Shown in pieces: positions 10,902 through 21,365 of a stretch of DNA of 64,000 bases (position 1 is its first letter; every line of letters starts with the position of its first letter). The position numbers and the translations under genes were made by a program. Under the pieces are notes generated by a model, which searched no databases, was not told the origin of the DNA, and saw nothing but the letters and a program-made list of their open reading frames with translations. The stretch spans positions 544,252 to 608,251 of the forward strand of contig NW_015176457.1 of NCBI RefSeq assembly GCF_001447785.1, in the 5' to 3' direction. This stretch comes from Gekko japonicus. Taxonomy: Eukaryota.

Positions 10902-12372
10902 ATCCCCCCTTGGATTTCTCCTTGGGTAAATCGCTCACGTTTGGGAAGTTTCTTCCACTTTTCTAAAAGAACTGCATTGGGCTTCTTTTCTGTTTATCTC
11001 TGGGCACTCCAGCCCCACGGAGATCCCACCACATTTGTTATAATGTAACTTTAAGAATCCCCTCTAACTTGTACTTGCCATCGCCTACTCACCGAGCACA
11101 CGGACCTGCCTTCCATGATCCCGATAACTTCTTTGATCATGGGGTTCATCTAATTGATCCAGTTGACTCAGCATGACTCCAACATCCCAGACCATCTGGC
11201 CCACTTCCACGCCTAGCATCCCTAATAGAACTCCCTTGTACAGGGGGAGCATTTCAGAGCAATTTCACTTGCATGCCAGCTGTATATGCTTCCTGGTCTA
11301 GCCCCCGAAAGGCAGGTGCATAGTAAGCAGCCAACACACCCAGCTTTTGCAACCCCAAGGTTCAACAGGACTGTGTGGTGATGTCCATCTCTGTGGAATC
11401 AGTCCATTCCTGGTGCATTGTGTTTATGATCCAGTCTATCAGTGTATATATGCCCTCAATGAAGGGAGCCATTCGTAGAGCTGCCTCACTGTAGGTTGAA
11501 TGGTAACTCCTCTCAACTTCATAAATTGAAGAAGAAGAAGAAGAAGAGAAGAGTTGGATTTATACCCGGCCCTTCACTCAGAGTGGCTTACAATCTCCTT
11601 CCCTTCCTCTCCCCACAACAGACACCCTGTGGTCCTGAGAGAGCTCTCAGAGAACTGCTAGAGAGAACAGCTCTGCAAGAACTGTGGATGACCCAAGGTC
11701 ACCCAGCAGCTACATGTGGAGGAGTGGGGAATCAAACCCGGTTCTCCCAGATTAGAGCCTGCACTGCACCAAACTGGCTCTGTATCTCTTGAGCTGTATC
11801 TCTGCCTGCATCCCAGAGTTGAACCAGCCAGGGGAGAATAGATTTGCCCCTTTTCTGCTGATATTGCTGTTGCAATGTAATCAGCTCCTGGCTGGTATAG
11901 TCCAGTGTTTCCACCATGGGTGCATTCCGCCTGGCTGTTTTCAGGCAGGCGTTTCCTCTCCATCTGGGGTCTTGCTTGTACTACCTGTTCCTCCTTTTCA
12001 TCCTCACTAAAATCATTGTCCTTATCAGAACTAGGGACTATGTCTCAGGGTATGATGTCTCAGGGTCCCAGTTAGTTCACACCTTTGTGCACTTGTGGCA
12101 CTTCTGTGCACTCACCTAATGAGCCGCACTGCCAGCTCTTCAACCTTGTGTTTCCAAGCCTCATTTGATGCGAGGCTGTCCTGCAAAGTTTCTCTTGTCA
12201 GCACTTGCAAATCTCTTTCATTATCAGCTTCCACGTCTAATTTTTACTCTTTCTCCTTTTATGCTAATTCCTTTTGCACAGCAGTTCTCAGAGCTGTGAG
12301 CAGAAGCTATGCCAGTGGACTGGCACTCTGCTTCTCCTCAGTTGACAACATTTCCAGCTTCAGAGTCTCTGT
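10730..12372 (-). pseudogene. gag: ERV-L/S-like Gag remnant
   Basis: Minus-strand motifs LLLTALRTAV, NWDPET, YTSQELITLQQQYQQKRGKSILPWLVQLWDAG, QMWWDLRGAGVPRDK and LYPDLS parallel ERV-L Gag motifs (WDPxTW; YTxKEL...YKQKxGE...WILRVWDNG; LWxWLxxHGVPR). Stops, frameshifts and a SINE insertion disrupt it. Confidence 0.8.
11528..11781 (-). mobile_element. Squam3-type tRNA SINE inserted in ERV gag
   Basis: Minus strand GAGCCAGTTTGGTG...CTCTAATCTGGGAGAACCGGGTTTGATTCCCCACTCCTCCAC...GGGTATAAATCCAACTC(TTC)n. Confidence 0.85.
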
Positions 12373-13891
12373 AAGGGATGGGCATGAACCACATTTTTAT
12401 GAATGTGTTCTCATGAACCACCCTAGCCCCAGCAACCCTTTATTAAGCAGGTCCTCATGCAACCAAGGAAAATGGGCCAGGTCTCACCTAGCTAGCAACT
12501 GAGTGGACTGAAGGCTAGAGGAAAGAGGGCCGAGGATGCTGTGAAATCCTTTTCCTTCTCTTTTCTGAGGCTTATTTGGACATGCTCTTGAAAAGGGACA
12601 CTGGAGGGTCTGCCTGCCAGTCCAAGACTTTCATGCCTCAGTACAATCTTACATAATGATGTGACTTTTTCTCTTCTGCTTTGTAAACTTGCCCAGTAAG
12701 CCCCAGTACTGGCATTTTTGCAAAGGTGGTAAATAAAGACTTCAGAGATGCTCCCCTATTGAATTTATGCTCATTTATGTTCTTACTTTCAAGCAAGGGA
12801 AATAGATGACTTTTTCAACTATAACTTGATTAGCAAATGTACACTGAAATGTTAAATAACTTATTGTAAAATTAAGTTTGGCTTTCTTAAATGAAAGTAA
12901 CAATCTATTAATTTTTCCAATTAATAATATTTTTCCACTTGAAAGAGCTTTCATATTACCTGTGAACATCTTTAAAGAGATTCCATGTGGTTTGTGGTTA
13001 ATTATGAGAACCACTTATTAGCATCATAATCAGCATGACTCTGCCATGCTCTAATAATAAACCAACTTTCTCTGCAAAATCGATATCTGTAATACAGATA
13101 TGAAAAAGCATAAAAAATGTAGTCATCAAAAGATAATCGTAGCTTACTGAAGCATGTCTGAGCAGCAGTACTTGCAATGTCACAGGTGTATAGTTATCTT
13201 ATTTTAATTAGCCTTTTATGCCTCAATATTTAAACAGGAGTGCTAAATAATCCCGGAATAAAATGAAATATTCCTTTCACTTGCATATAGAAAATATGTG
13301 GAAAGAAATGAGCTTTAACATTTAGCCTTCTCTTCAGTTTAAACATTTTAGGGATAGCTGTAACATGCTAACTTATTTCCCCAGTTCTCCAACCATCACC
13401 CCATCAAGGGCAAAATCCCGTGATGAATCAGTTATGTAGGAATTCGCAGTGTAACCCTAAAGAGAGTTACACATTTCTAAGTCTGTTGAAATCAGTGGGT
13501 ATCAAAGGTAACTGTGCTCATTTGCATTTGGGCTCTCTCTCTTTTTTTTTTTACGAATTGTGTTTAGACCAGTGATGATACCACTGGAGCAACCCACTTT
13601 TGATCAGGGTGTGAATCACTTATATTGTATAGCCTAACTTAGTATTTTGGTCCACCTCACTAAGTTTCTGATACTCTCTTACTTCTGTTTAATAGATACT
13701 TCAGTTTAGAAGACTGCTTAAATGCCCATATTAAGTGTGTCTCTGTTCTGCTCAACTCCAGCTCAGTTTCTTGCTGCCACTTCTCCTGGAAGACCGTGAA
13801 ATGGATTGTTATGAAATAGACTCCTGGAAATGGACTCCTGGGTGTCTTGAATAGTATAGTTTTTCATGCAGCGGTCAGTCTGGGTCATTGT

Positions 13892-14097
13892 CAATGCTCC
13901 CTCTAAGCTGTGGAGTCTTGTGAGCCAAAATTCAACTTTGTGAGCTACCGGCATTAAAGTTGTGAGTGAGCGATTTGGCTACTGCATCAATCAGTTTGCT
14001 CTGGAGCCATCCTTCCTGAGCTAAGACAAAAATGTGTGAGCCAGAGGCTAACAAACTATGAGCTAGCTCACACTAACTCAGCTTAGAGGGAACATTG
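13892..14097. mobile_element. hAT MITE (CAGTGTTCCCTCTAAGCTG-type TIR)
   Basis: TIRs CAATGCTCCCTCTAAGCTG / CAGCTTAGAGGGAACATTG; perfect 8-bp TSD GTCATTGT; second copy at 51531. Confidence 0.92.
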
Positions 14098-14479
14098 GTC
14101 ATTGTTATAATCTTTGGCACACCAAGGCAGGCCTGTAGTTACTGCGGGGGCCCACGGAGCCCACCCCCTCATGGTTTTTACGTGCCCCTCTCCAAGACAC
14201 CCCCGGTGGTCTACCTGCCCCCCACCTCTGCCCAGCTGCCAGGCCGACTGTCCCATTTTGTGCCATCACAGGCTGCTGCTGGAGGCTGGTCAAAGGCGGT
14301 AGACACGCAGTGCTCCTCTTGAGTGTCCCCAGCTCTGCAGCTGCAGCACGGAGGCCGGTGGGGGGGGGAGCTTCTCCACAGCCCCGAGAAGAGAGCTCAG
14401 CCTCTCCCCGCCTCTCCAAAAGTGGACCCTTGTGCGCATAGCCAGCCGAAACCCAGGCAAGGCTTGTCTCCGGACTTCT

Positions 14480-14692
14480 GGGATGCAGACATGTGCTGGG
14501 AGTCGCTGGTGGTTATGCACGGTCTCAGGCGCCGGGGGGGACCCGATTGGGACACAGAAGTGCACTGGGAGTCACCAGCAGTTACGTACAGTCTCAGGCA
14601 CCGGGGGGGGACACGATTGGGATGCAGACATGCGCTGGGAGTCGCCAGCGGTTATGCACAGTGTCAGGCGCCCAGGGGGGACACCCGATTTG
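14480..14692 (+). repeat. GC-rich minisatellite, 3 x ~70 bp
   Basis: GGGATGCAGACATG.GCTGGGAGTCGC...GGTTATGCAC.GTCTCAGGCGCCGGGGGG.AC.CGATT is repeated near 14480, 14549 and 14619. Confidence 0.85.
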
Positions 14693-14989
14693 GACCGAGA
14701 GCATGGGGCACCAGGAGAGAAGAGAGTTTCAGCTTGTCCAGCTGGAGCCATTTGAGGGTCTGGGGATGCTCCAGAGTCGTGATGCAGAGACCAGCCACCT
14801 CTGGACATCTCTTTCCTGGGAAACCCCACCAGGGGGTCGCCCTAAGGCAGCTGTGACTGGACGGCACTTTCTGTCACTAAGGGACCCCACCTGCGTATCC
14901 TTCTCGCCTGGAGGCTCTCGGTTGCAGCCGGGGCTGCCTTAGGAATTCCACCAATTAAATCAAAGTTAATTTAATTAATTGGCTGCACC

Positions 14990-15655
14990 AAGGATCGAGT
15001 CATTCATCACCTGGTACTGGATGTCTTTGTCTTCATGTTGTTTTGACCTCTGGTGAGGTTGTGAGCAGGTTCTGATACCATCTGTGCTCTCTGTGTCCCT
15101 GCATGCAGAGGACAGTTTGGTGGCAGCCAGAGACAGCTTTTTCAGTGGTGGCACCTTGTTTGTGGAATGTCCTTCCCTTTGAGGCTCACTGGCTGCCAGG
15201 ATAAAACTTCCTGTTTACCTAGGCTTTTAATTATGGATTGATCTTTCACGTTGTTTTTCAGGCTGCTCTGGCCTGTTTATGAGACTCTTTTAAAGCTGTT
15301 AGACTTTTTATGCTGTACTTACTCTTTGGGTAAATTTCTTAATGCTGGATCCAGGTGGGCAGCCATGTTGGTCTGAAGTAGTAGAACAAATTTTGAGTCC
15401 CATAAGACCAACAAAGGTTTATTCAAGGTATGTGCTTTCGTGTATAAACCTTTCATGTATAAATAAACCAGTGTTGGTCTTAAAGGTGCTACGGGACTCA
15501 AAATTTGTTTCTTAATACTGGTTTGCTAATGCTGGTTTGATAGTTTGTTGATTACTAACTAATTTTTTAATGTGTTAGGGTTTTATCATCTTTTACTTGT
15601 AAGCCACCTCTAGCAGGGTTTTTTGAGAGCTGGCATTGAAAAGTTTTAAATAAAT
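14990..15655 (+). mobile_element. Degraded L2 3' end with an internal Penelope-like insertion
   Basis: AGACAGCTTTTTCAGTGGTGGCACCTTGTTTGTGGAATGTCCTTCCC encodes an RAFSVVAPxLWNxLP-like motif; tail TGTAAGCCACCTCT...AAATAAATA. Confidence 0.6.
15345..15510. mobile_element. Penelope-like pLTR fragment
   Basis: GGATCCAGGTGGGCAGCCATGTTGGTCTG...AAGACCAACAAA...GCTTTCGTG...TTGGTCTTAAAGGTGCTAC, the typical short reptile PLE remnant. Confidence 0.65.
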
Positions 15656-17629
15656 ACACAGGACAGAAATATCTGCCAAGAAACGGTCTCATTATTTTTA
15701 AGCTTTGCAGTTCATTTTCAGGGGTATTTGCTTTCCTTTTGAATTCCTTAAAAAATAAGGTACCTCTAAGCAAGTGAATAAAGCAACTTTGCTTAGTTGG
15801 AGGCAGGCATGTTACAAAGAATCGTCTAGACCAAACCAAAGGCCAGTGCTGGGGGGGGGGGCAGTTTCGTCTCTGACTGAAACAAAGCTGGTGGACTTTT
15901 ACAAATCCAAGGGCATTCAGTTGAAGGAATGCTTTTATCTGGTCTTTCTGCTCACAGAAGTATCATTTTATAACACAAAAAGATGTTATAACTTCTACGG
16001 CAAGCAGAAGTACGAGGATTAGTGCAGAATCCACCTATTGCAACATGGCACAAATTCCTATGCAAGTGGTTCCCTAAGCATTGCAGAACAGCAGTAGTGG
16101 CTATTTGCCTTCTGCTCAAGATTCCTTGGATTTTCTCCTGTGCTTCTTGGTGCTCGCGTGCCTCATTCAAGACTGAATCCATTATTGCATTGTGCTTGTT
16201 GTGCACATCTGGGCATACACAATAGCTTTTCAGGTCCAAATATCCCTGAAAATACGAAGAGCTCACTTATCTGTGTGTCTTACTTTGTGGCTTGTTGCTG
16301 TTGCTGCTCTGGCATATTAGCACAGCCCTGCCTGAAGGATAACACTGCTGTGCAATCAGTGCTTTAGAGCTTCCTACCCCCCCCCAAACCCCTGCAGCTC
16401 AATGCTTTGTAAAAGTCGTATTCTTAAAAATACTTCTCCAACAGCTGCCCATGGGCAGTGTCCCAGCAGTGCCTAATAGGCTACCTGTTATAGTAAAAAT
16501 AGCTCTTCTAGCTGATATTGCAAGATTAGCCAAGTTTCTCACAGAGGGGAGTGCATGTTTGCGTGTGGCTGCGTGCGCACTATGTCTCCCTGCTGCAAAT
16601 AACTGTGCTAGACGGTACTTAGTCCTTGGCAGTTTTGTGGAATAAAGGAAGCAGCCATACTGGTCATTTTGATCGGTCCTTTCTATATGGTAAAGAATAC
16701 TGCCATAATAATGTGTTTGAAATGGAATGCAAAACTTTCCTGTTTGCTGTATATAGCCAGGTCTTTTTAGAAAGGGTTAAGCTTGAGAACAAAGTTCCTT
16801 AACTCAGCTTCAAGGACTAATACGCTCCAGTTTATAAGCTTCTATCTTGCTAAACAAAGGTTAGCAACTACCTTGGAAAATCTTGTAAGCAAAACAGAAT
16901 CGTACCAACAGATCTCATTCTGTACTGTTTAATTCAGTTCTCTCCGTTGATAATATTATCTTAAAGTTAAGTGTTCTCCTCCCACTGAATGAATGTTTTT
17001 TGAACACTTCAGAAAATAACAAAATGGGCAAATCTATTATTTTAAGAGTCTGGTAAGAGGTAAGGGATGAGTGTTTTCCCTACAACTTGCTCATTTTTAT
17101 ATCTATAATTTATTTATTATGCCCTAAGCAAATGGGGAGTTTAAGATTTTAACAGCTCTAATATATTGGAAGGGGAGGAATACAAATCTTTTTTCCTTTG
17201 GTCACAGAAGGAACCATAAAATAGAAAATGTCATTCTAAGTATGTTGAGGTGGGCTGGGAGAAGACAGATCATATATTGGGGCCTGTCAAAAGTGACAGG
17301 CACTCTTTAAACTGCATATGAGAAATGAGTACATGTAAAATCTAGCTCTCTGCTTTTTTGTTGATCTTGATTTACTGTGGACGACCTTAATTACTCTTCA
17401 GGGGCAAAGGTATGTGGGGGGGGGCTGTATGTACCATCTGTTGAGATTAATGTTTTGTTCTGATAGCAGGGTACTGAGTACACTTTCTTAAGGCTCTACA
17501 TTATACAGATTAACAATATTCAGCATATCATTTTGTTACTTTTGTCATATATATCATCACACAAACTGAAAATATTGGATTTGCATCATCTCTTTCAGAA
17601 AAAAAATCTTCCTATTTGTATGACTTCTC

Positions 17630-17845
17630 TGTCTTTGTGTAAAGTGTTGTCAAGTCTTAGCCAATTTATGGCAACCCCATAGGATTTCCAAGACAACAGA
17701 TGAATAGTGGTGGCTTGCCACCACCCACATCTGTGTAGCAACCCTGGACTTCCTCAGTGGTCTCCCATCCAAGTATCAACCTGGGCCAACCCTGCTTAGC
17801 TTCTGGAATCTGACAAGGCTAGCCTAGGCCATCCAGGTCAGGATG
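17630..17845 (-). mobile_element. 5S-derived SINE
   Basis: GGTCTCCCATCCAAGTA...CCCTGCTTAGCTTCTGG...GGCCATCCAGGTCAGG; same family as 4316-4537. Confidence 0.8.
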
Positions 17846-17894
17846 CTGGTGAGCATCCTCCCTCACTGGGCCACCCACTGTTATTCCATCATAG

Positions 17895-18545
17895 TGTTTC
17901 ACCTCTTTGAGGCTCCCCAAGTCTCAGAACAGGAGTGAAGGGGATAGGAACAAGGATTAAAGCACCCAAGCCTGCCCTCTTCTTTCTTTAGGAAGTCGCT
18001 CCTTTGACTAAGACAAACACTTCCTTTCTCCTTCCCAGCCTGGTATTGGAGCTTCCCTAAATGCCTCACTCTGACCCCTTGATTAGCCCCAACCTCATCA
18101 CCTGAGCTACCACCTGGGCCAGGGGCTGGAGTACTGTCTCCTCCTAGTGGGCTGGCCCTCTTCCTTACTCTCCTGGCCCCATCCCTCCAGGACATTCTTG
18201 TCTCCTGGTGATCTGCTGGGCTGTGGTCTGGCAGGTCCATGGCCTCAGCTGTCCCTGCCCACTGTTGTTAGCTGTTGCAGGGGCCACCAAATTGACAGCT
18301 GGCCTCTGTTGAGGCTTCTTTTCCTCCAGCATACCTGAGCCAGCCACGGTGCTGGGTTATGACCTCACCCTCTGGCATCCACAGCTCTGCAGAGGGCCAT
18401 TGGGTCTTGCCCCCTGTTGGAGCTCCTGGAGTGCTTCTCGGCATTGACCGTGCATCTTCTCCCATGGCTAGGATCTTCACTGAGTGAGGGGGGAGGGTCT
18501 TGTGCAGCATTGAGGGGGGAGACCAGGATGGGTGGAGCCAACCCC
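17895..18545 (-). mobile_element. Probable degraded LTR (Gypsy-like)
   Basis: GC-rich segment with a Pro/Arg-rich reading frame (RRVRKRASP) resembling the LTRs at 31-36 kb. Ends and TSD not resolved. Confidence 0.35.
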
Positions 18546-18671
18546 AGACAGTGCTTTTTCTCTACATTAGCTCATTCTCATAAACTGCTTAATTTCATAT
18601 CAAAGTGCGCAATTTTGACTATTAGAATGTATGCCACAAAATGTTCTTGCACAGTTGGTACCATACCAGAG

Positions 18672-19820
18672 ATCTTGATGGGGTCTGAACTGGCAGAGAC
18701 TGACCAAGAGAGAGATCTCGGAGTCATAGTAGATAACTCAATGGAAATGTCAAGACAGTGTGTGACTGCAATAAAAAAGGCCAACGCTTTGCTGGGGATT
18801 GTTAGGAAGGAAAGTGAAAACAAATCAGCCAGTATCATAATGCCCCTGTATAAATCGATGGTACGTCCTCATTTGGAATACTGTGTACAGATCTGGTCAC
18901 CACACCATAAAAAGGATATTATAGCATTGGAAAAAGTGCAGAAAAGGGCAACTAGAATGATAAAAGGGTTGGAACACTTTCCCTATGAAGAAAGGTTAAA
19001 GCGCTTGGGGCTCTTTAGCTCGGAGAAACAACGGCTGAGGGGTGACATGATCGAGGTTTATAAGGTTATGCATGGGATACAGCAGGTTGAGAAAGAAGTA
19101 CTTTTCTCCCTTTCTCACAATACAAGAACTCGTGGGCACTCCATGAAATTGCTGAGCAGTCAGGTTAGAACAGATAAAAGGAAGTACTTCTTCACCCAAA
19201 GAGTTATTAACACATGGAATTCACTGCCACAGGAGGCAGCTACAAGCATGGACAGCTTCAAGAGGGAACTGGATAAACATATGGAGCAGAGGTCCATCAG
19301 TGGCTATTAGCACAAGGTATAGATAAGAACTCACAGGCTGGGGCAGGTGATGCACTGTATTCTTGGTGCTTGGGGGGGGCAACAGTGGGTGGGCTTCTAG
19401 TGTCCTGGCCCCGCTGATGGACTTCCTGATGGTCCCTGGTATTTTTGGCCACTGTGTGACATAGTGTTGGACTAGATGGGCCATTGGCCTGATCCAACAT
19501 TAGCTTCTCTTTGTCAGCTAGCTGCCATGCTTTCTTTGTTTTCTTTTGTCCCTGACTTTTGTGCAGCCGCACATGCTTGCTTTGCTTAGCTACCATGGGT
19601 GAGAATTCCCCCCCCCGCGCGCGCTTGGATTTCATTTGCTTAGCTAGATGCAGCATCAGAGTATATGTATGGAGCCCCTTGCACTAATCGTTATTCCTGA
19701 CAATGTACTTGTACCACTTGGCAACAGACTAGTATTCCAATAAAACATAGCCTTTTCAGGAGAGTGTGTTTGGACCTGCTTGCTGTTGACCCTGACACTC
19801 TTTTGTTCTTATGTTCTTAT
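18672..19820 (+). mobile_element. CR1 LINE 3' fragment: open C-terminal ORF2 (to 19310) plus 3' UTR and (TTCTTATG)n tail
   Basis: ERDLGVIVD...PLYKSMVRPHLEYCVQIWSPH...LEKVQKRATRMIKGL...YEERLKRLGLF...RTRGHSMKL...FFTQRVINTWNSLP is the canonical CR1 RT C-terminus. The tail is split by a solo LTR. Confidence 0.97.
19512..19797 (+). mobile_element. Solo LTR (286 bp) inserted in the CR1 tail
   Basis: TGTCAG...CTGACA terminal inverted repeats, perfect 5-bp TSD CTCTT, AATAAA at 19739. Confidence 0.9.
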
Positions 19821-19861
19821 CAGGTTGTATTGCAAGAATGAAGGATAATAAAGATTATGCT

Positions 19862-20150
19862 TTATTAGTTGCTGTAGATTTTCCGGTTTGTGTGGCCGTG
19901 GTCTTGGCATTGTAGAACCTGACGTTTCACCAGTAGCTGTGACTGGCATCCTCAGAGGTATAACATAGAAAGATGGACTTTCTGTGTCAAAAGAAGAAAA
20001 TGGTAGGCAGGTAATTTATATCTACTCCAGAAGGTGGGGTAGGGCTGAGTCATTATCTTGTAGGAGTTCCCCAGGCTATGAACATGCTAATGGAGGAACT
20101 TTCCTGAGGAGATTCTTTTGTATAAGGCCATGAAAGCCTTCGACAACATA
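19862..20150. mobile_element. Penelope-like element fragment
   Basis: GTTGCTGTAGATTTTCCGG...TGGCCGTG...GACGTTTC...GGCATCCTCAGAGG and GGCCATGAAAGCCTTCGACAACA are typical of squamate PLE pLTRs. Confidence 0.75.
19917..19959 (-). ncRNA. Minimal type I hammerhead ribozyme (PLE-associated)
   Basis: Minus strand ACCU-CUGAGGA-U-GCCAGU-cacagcu-ACUGGU-GAAA-C-GUC-AGGU: complete core boxes, 6-bp stem II, 4-bp stem I, GUC cleavage triplet and palindromic ACGU helix III. Confidence 0.85.
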
Positions 20151-20845
20151 AAGGTTAAGCTGTTTATTTATATGATTTCTGGCAACCAGCTTCCAGTTAT
20201 ACAATTGATGTTTCCAGCCTCCTCCATTGCAGGTTTGGATTGGGGGGAGGGCGTGGCTTCTTCTCATTTGTCTTGGTAAACCGAGCAGGAGTTAGACAAG
20301 TGCATAGGCTTGCTCATGAAACATGTCTCTCTGCTGAAAGATGTGGCTTCCATTGCTATGTCGTAGCCTGCCCCTGAGCTGTGTACCTGACATGTCAATG
20401 GCTCAGTGAGAAAAGGTGCAGAAAAATGGATTGAACTCATTTTGACAATGTCAAGGCTTTTTTTTAAGCATTTAGTAAAAATGTGTAGGACCTAAACCAA
20501 GAATGGGAAATCTTTTTGGCCAGAGTTCTAGAAAAGAATACATATACCTGTGAAGATATTAATGTGCCAGCAAGGTGAGCCCCAACAGTGCTACCAGGGT
20601 CTCCGGCGCTTGCCTCACATCTGGCTGGCAGCTGCAGGATCCTGGGAGGTGGTAACAGGCATAAGTCATTCCCATTGCCTTCTGATTCCAGCAGTGGTGC
20701 CAGCACCTCAGAAGCACACCCTGGTTACTTGGGCAGAGGACTGACCCTGAGTACTGGGCAAAATGATGTGCCTGTTCATCACTCATGCCAAGAATTGCCT
20801 CCTACTGCTGTGAACCTTTGAAGAATAGATATTATTCATGTGGAG

Positions 20846-21107
20846 GAAGAAGAGAAGAGATTGGATTTATACCCCACCCTTCACTTGGAGTCTCAGAGCA
20901 GCTTAGAGACTCCTTTCCCTTCCCCTCTCCAGAACAGACACCCTGTGAAGTAAGTGGGGCTGAGAGAGCTCTTTCCAGAACTGTCCTTGAGAGAACAGCT
21001 CTCACAGAACTATGGCTCGTCCAAGGTCATCCAACAGCTGCAAGTGGAGGAGTGGGGAATCAAACCTGGTTCTCCCAGATTAGAGTCTGCGCACTTAACC
21101 ACTACAC
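20846..21107 (-). mobile_element. Squam3-type SINE
   Basis: GTGTAGTGGTTAAGTGCGCAGACTCTAATCTGGGAGAACCAGGTTTGATTCCCC head on the minus strand; 7-bp TSD TGTGGAG. Confidence 0.9.
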
Positions 21108-21276
21108 TGTGGAGAAATAATAATTTCTCCAAGGTATGGTGGGTGCTTAAATTTTTGGAAAGGTGTTAAAAGATAGTAAGAACCTACCAAGAAATAATAC
21201 TTTCCCTATTTCTGTCCATGGGATATAGACAGATAATTAATGAACACACTGTTGCTCTTCTAAGACGAGAGGCCAA

Positions 21277-21365
21277 GAGTACAATCCTAAACAGAGTTAA
21301 CTCCTTTCTAAGTCCATTGAAGTCGATGGATTTAGAAGGGTGTAGCTCTTCTTAGGATGACAATG
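21277..21365. repeat. Palindromic MITE-like element (~88 bp family)
   Basis: CAATCCTAAACAGAGTTA...TTCTAAGTCCATTGA|TCGATGGATTTAGAAGGGTGTAGCTCTTCTTAGGATG. Confidence 0.75.

Larger units (their letters stand above)
9050..12372 (-). mobile_element. Degraded class III (ERV-L/ERV-S-like) endogenous retrovirus: gag - env TM - PPT - 3' LTR
   Basis: ERV-L-type Gag motifs, Env ISD with CX6CC, and an ERV-L-type PPT GGGGGTGGAC (9498-9507) directly before a TGT LTR start at 9497. The 5' LTR was not found. Confidence 0.85.

Noticed and set aside
14095-14942. Overlapping 100-177 aa ORFs
   Set aside because: A consequence of high GC and tandem repeats; no domain or splice evidence.
18417-19310. 297-aa ORF as a host gene
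   Set aside because: Its C-terminal ~210 aa are CR1 reverse transcriptase. The N-terminus is chance read-through from flanking sequence with a non-ATG start.
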